64,000 nt of DNA from a virus: the UHGV virus genome UHGV-0134778; one strand, 5' to 3'. The notes below the pieces were generated by a model. The model searched no databases and was not told the DNA's origin. It was given only the letters and a program-made list of their open reading frames with translations. How positions within the stretch are numbered: the first letter of the stretch is position 1; the number at the start of each line of letters is the position of its first letter. Position numbers and translations under genes: made by a program. Shown in pieces: positions 61,514 to 64,000 of the stretch.

Positions 61514-64000
61514 TTAACGAGAAAAGGTTGCGTAGGCTTCTAGACGATACTGCTGGTCACCAGGGAACATAACACCTATAGAGGCTGTCCCTAGAATCCT
61601 GCCTTCCTTTCCAGACTCCATTCTAAACCCTACCCATCCTGAACTCCTTGCAGCCTCGATGTTGTCGCTATACCCGAAAGTGGCAAGATCGTCAACACCA
61701 GCCCCAAACAGCAACTGAAGCTGACTTCTCGGAAGCCCTATAATTTCAGGAATATACGCACCAAAGTACACCATCTGCCCTACCTTAGGACCGCTGCCGT
61801 ACTCCATCGGTTTGCTTGTAGAGAAAGTCTTCATACCAGAAGTACCTGCCGGATTAGGGTATGCCCCGTTTGTTGCTGTACCTATCCACATTCTCCACTG
61901 AGGTGCCATCTGTCTGACAGTAAACGATGTTGAAGACGTTTTGCGGCCTGCATCATCTGTAACTACAAACTTTATGGTGACATTCCCAGTAGCTTTAAAT
62001 GTTACCAGTCCTGTGGTGGCATCTACTGTTGCAATGTTGGTATTACTACTTTCCCAAGTCTTTCTAATCCCGGCTACGTTGGAAGGGGTAATAGAAGGTT
62101 CCTGCATCTGCAGTTTACCACCAACAATCCCTATGCCGTTGCCCGGATTATACAGCGCACCAACCTCGTCTATAATGTTCCCTGCTTTGAGACTATACTT
62201 CCTTGAGAAGTTGTAGGTTCCGTTATAAGCGTGTGTCCCTGAGAAGGTGACATCTGCCTTCCCGTAAGAGATGCAAACCAAAGCATACTTCCTGTCAGGC
62301 AACGTTTCTCCAGTTTCTGGGTGAGTTTTACCTACCTGGAACACACTCGGGTCAGTGGAGTCGTGGCTATCACTGACGGAGCTTGGACCACCCATCAGCT
62401 GTGACAAGCAATTCCTTACCCATGTCCAGTTATTATCACTGGAGAAGTCCACAGTCAAATCAAACACAACCCACTCATTCGGCTTCCACACAGGTGTTGC
62501 AATGGACTTGCCTACACCACCTCCTTGGAGGGTTGCCGACTGTTCGGTGATCAGGGCCGCATAGGCCAGAGTTCCTAAACTCAGAGTCTGGCTTGCTGTC
62601 CTCACTACCTTAGAATCAGCATCTGTGAAGTTGTTGATGATCTGGAATGTGCCATAAGTGTTTTTACAGGTAATTCTGGCGTTCAGTGTGTCAATCTTCC
62701 TCACATCTGCCATAGCAGTGTTAGACACAGAGAAGTCAGAAGCTTTAGCTGAGTTTGCCGCAACAGCAGGATCAACGTTAAGAGTTGCGTTGAACTGGCA
62801 GGCAGGGGTAACCAGCAGCTTGTTATCGCCTATTTGCTTCCATGAAACACTTTGAACAGGGAGATTCCATTTAATACCTGAGAAAACCTTAGCAACCCTT
62901 GGACCCAAAGCTCCAGTCCTGTTGTCTTTACAGCACATAGACATGGTGATCGTTGACGGAGTGGCCTGACCAAATAATTGCTGTGCTTTTGCAGAGGACA
63001 TAGTGTAGAAATTGTCCTTGACAAACTCATCAGCGGCTAAAGATCCATCAGCCCTCCACCACTGAACCTGATACCCTGTTTTGTCCCAACCACCGACCTG
63101 CTTCAAGTCCTCCCAGGAGATTTCTAGATCCCCAGTGGTAGGGTTGATTGCAGCAGTTCCCGGTGTTCCGGGTGACCACAATGGAATATCAAACCACGCT
63201 GGTTTAGCCGACTGCACTGCGTTAGGTCCTATTGCAGCAGCAAGTTGTCGACCCATCAATACGCGGGTATCTTTCACAAAACCCCACTCGATCATAGACC
63301 CAGAGTAACCTTCTTTCTTGTAGGCAGGAGATCCGTTCAAATGGATAAGTCGGCTTGTGCCAAAGTTATATGCCCCGCCACCGTTATCATCTGCAAAATT
63401 GTATATGATTCTATCCCTAATATCTTTCCATGCCCTACCGCCAATCTCGTAGTCATGGTCATAGCATCTTTGCAGCGTTGTCCAGCAAATGATTGCCATC
63501 CTTCTACCATTGCTGAAGCCGAAAGCCTGATCGTTAAGCTCTCTCCACAAATAGCAGTTTGTGGTCCACATAGCTCTGTGGATGTTGAACCAGTTTATAG
63601 ACCTGGCCGCGTTGTTATAGTCAGTGCCTTCTAGAGTAGGCCACACTGCATTAACCAGCATGTCCTCTGTCCCTGCATCTATCAAGAATCCTCTAACTTT
63701 CTTACCCATTCCTACTCTGTCCTTGGCAATCCATGTGCCAAATAGTTTCAGTTTAGGACCGATTACTGCATCCTCTGGATGCTCAAGAGAGACATACTTC
63801 AAGTATATTGTAGGATCACCGTAGGTGCCATCACAAACAGCTTTGTGCATGTTCTCACCAAGGTCCAGACGGATACCTGTAAGAGTTTTGGTAGTATCCG
63901 TGAGCTTATCTGTCAAATCAAACTCGTACCACCACCATCCGGCCCCAAGTAAAACTTTCTTGCAGCGCTTAGAGTCTGTGTCAGAGATTCTTTTATCTCT
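61514..64000 (-). CDS. large structural-type protein with bacterial Ig-like domain (candidate tail fibre or virion decoration); 5' end outside the window
   Basis: The reading frame stays open from the track TTG start at 63916 to the window edge, so the gene is 5'-truncated. A segment near the C-terminus (...TWESSNTNIATVDATTGLVTFKATGNVTIKFVVTD...) resembles Big_2 Ig-like domains. Confidence 0.45.
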   Translation of the reverse strand, partial: RDKRISDTDSKRCKKVLLGAGWWWYEFDLTDKLTDTTKTLTGIRLDLGENMHKAVCDGTYGDPTIYLKYVSLEHPEDAVIGPKLKLFGTWIAKDRVGMGKKVRGFLIDAGTEDMLVNAVWPTLEGTDYNNAARSINWFNIHRAMWTTNCYLWRELNDQAFGFSNGRRMAIICWTTLQRCYDHDYEIGGRAWKDIRDRIIYNFADDNGGGAYNFGTSRLIHLNGSPAYKKEGYSGSMIEWGFVKDTRVLMGRQLAAAIGPNAVQSAKPAWFDIPLWSPGTPGTAAINPTTGDLEISWEDLKQVGGWDKTGYQVQWWRADGSLAADEFVKDNFYTMSSAKAQQLFGQATPSTITMSMCCKDNRTGALGPRVAKVFSGIKWNLPVQSVSWKQIGDNKLLVTPACQFNATLNVDPAVAANSAKASDFSVSNTAMADVRKIDTLNARITCKNTYGTFQIINNFTDADSKVVRTASQTLSLGTLAYAALITEQSATLQGGGVGKSIATPVWKPNEWVVFDLTVDFSSDNNWTWVRNCLSQLMGGPSSVSDSHDSTDPSVFQVGKTHPETGETLPDRKYALVCISYGKADVTFSGTHAYNGTYNFSRKYSLKAGNIIDEVGALYNPGNGIGIVGGKLQMQEPSITPSNVAGIRKTWESSNTNIATVDATTGLVTFKATGNVTIKFVVTDDAGRKTSSTSFTVRQMAPQWRMWIGTATNGAYPNPAGTSGMKTFSTSKPMEYGSGPKVGQMVYFGAYIPEIIGLPRSQLQLLFGAGVDDLATFGYSDNIEAARSSGWVGFRMESGKEGRILGTASIGVMFPGDQQYRLEAYATFSR

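Overview
This window reads as a contiguous piece of a large virulent dsDNA phage genome, with dense coding, sigma70-type promoters (TTGACA-N17-TATAAT) throughout and no rRNA, tRNA or CRISPR array. Coordinates 1-15225 hold a rightward array of about 45 small genes, including the 3' end of an nrdG-like gene, phoH, a ClpP-like peptidase, a Dam-family methyltransferase, a ribosome hibernation factor (HPF/RaiA) homologue and a tandem family of small acidic proteins ending in EVVEE. A 2.5 kb non-coding, repeat-rich region (15226-17769) sits where the two gene blocks converge. Coordinates 17770-54627 run leftward: about 60 small early-type genes, most with their own promoter, a GC hairpin in the leader and a CA-rich leader ahead of the ribosome-binding site, followed by a Macro-domain protein, an SSB-like protein ending DDDIPF, a family A DNA polymerase, a T7-type primase-helicase, C5 and beta-class methyltransferases, a Dda-like helicase, rIIB, rIIA, a SleB-like secreted hydrolase and a MoxR-type ATPase. 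After a divergent promoter pair at 54668-54738, a second rightward block (54770-61464) includes a metallopeptidase/VWA protein and a HAD-like hydrolase. A bidirectional terminator separates it from a large Ig-like-domain structural gene that runs off the 3' edge. The most unusual loci are the 15.2-17.8 kb repeat region, a non-coding island at 27.95-28.83 kb with opposite-strand promoters and a recurring 17-nt motif, a 45-bp promoter/operator element in three identical copies, and the phage-borne HPF, Macro and MoxR/VWA genes. All calls are from reading the sequence and recalled family motifs; no searches or computations were run.
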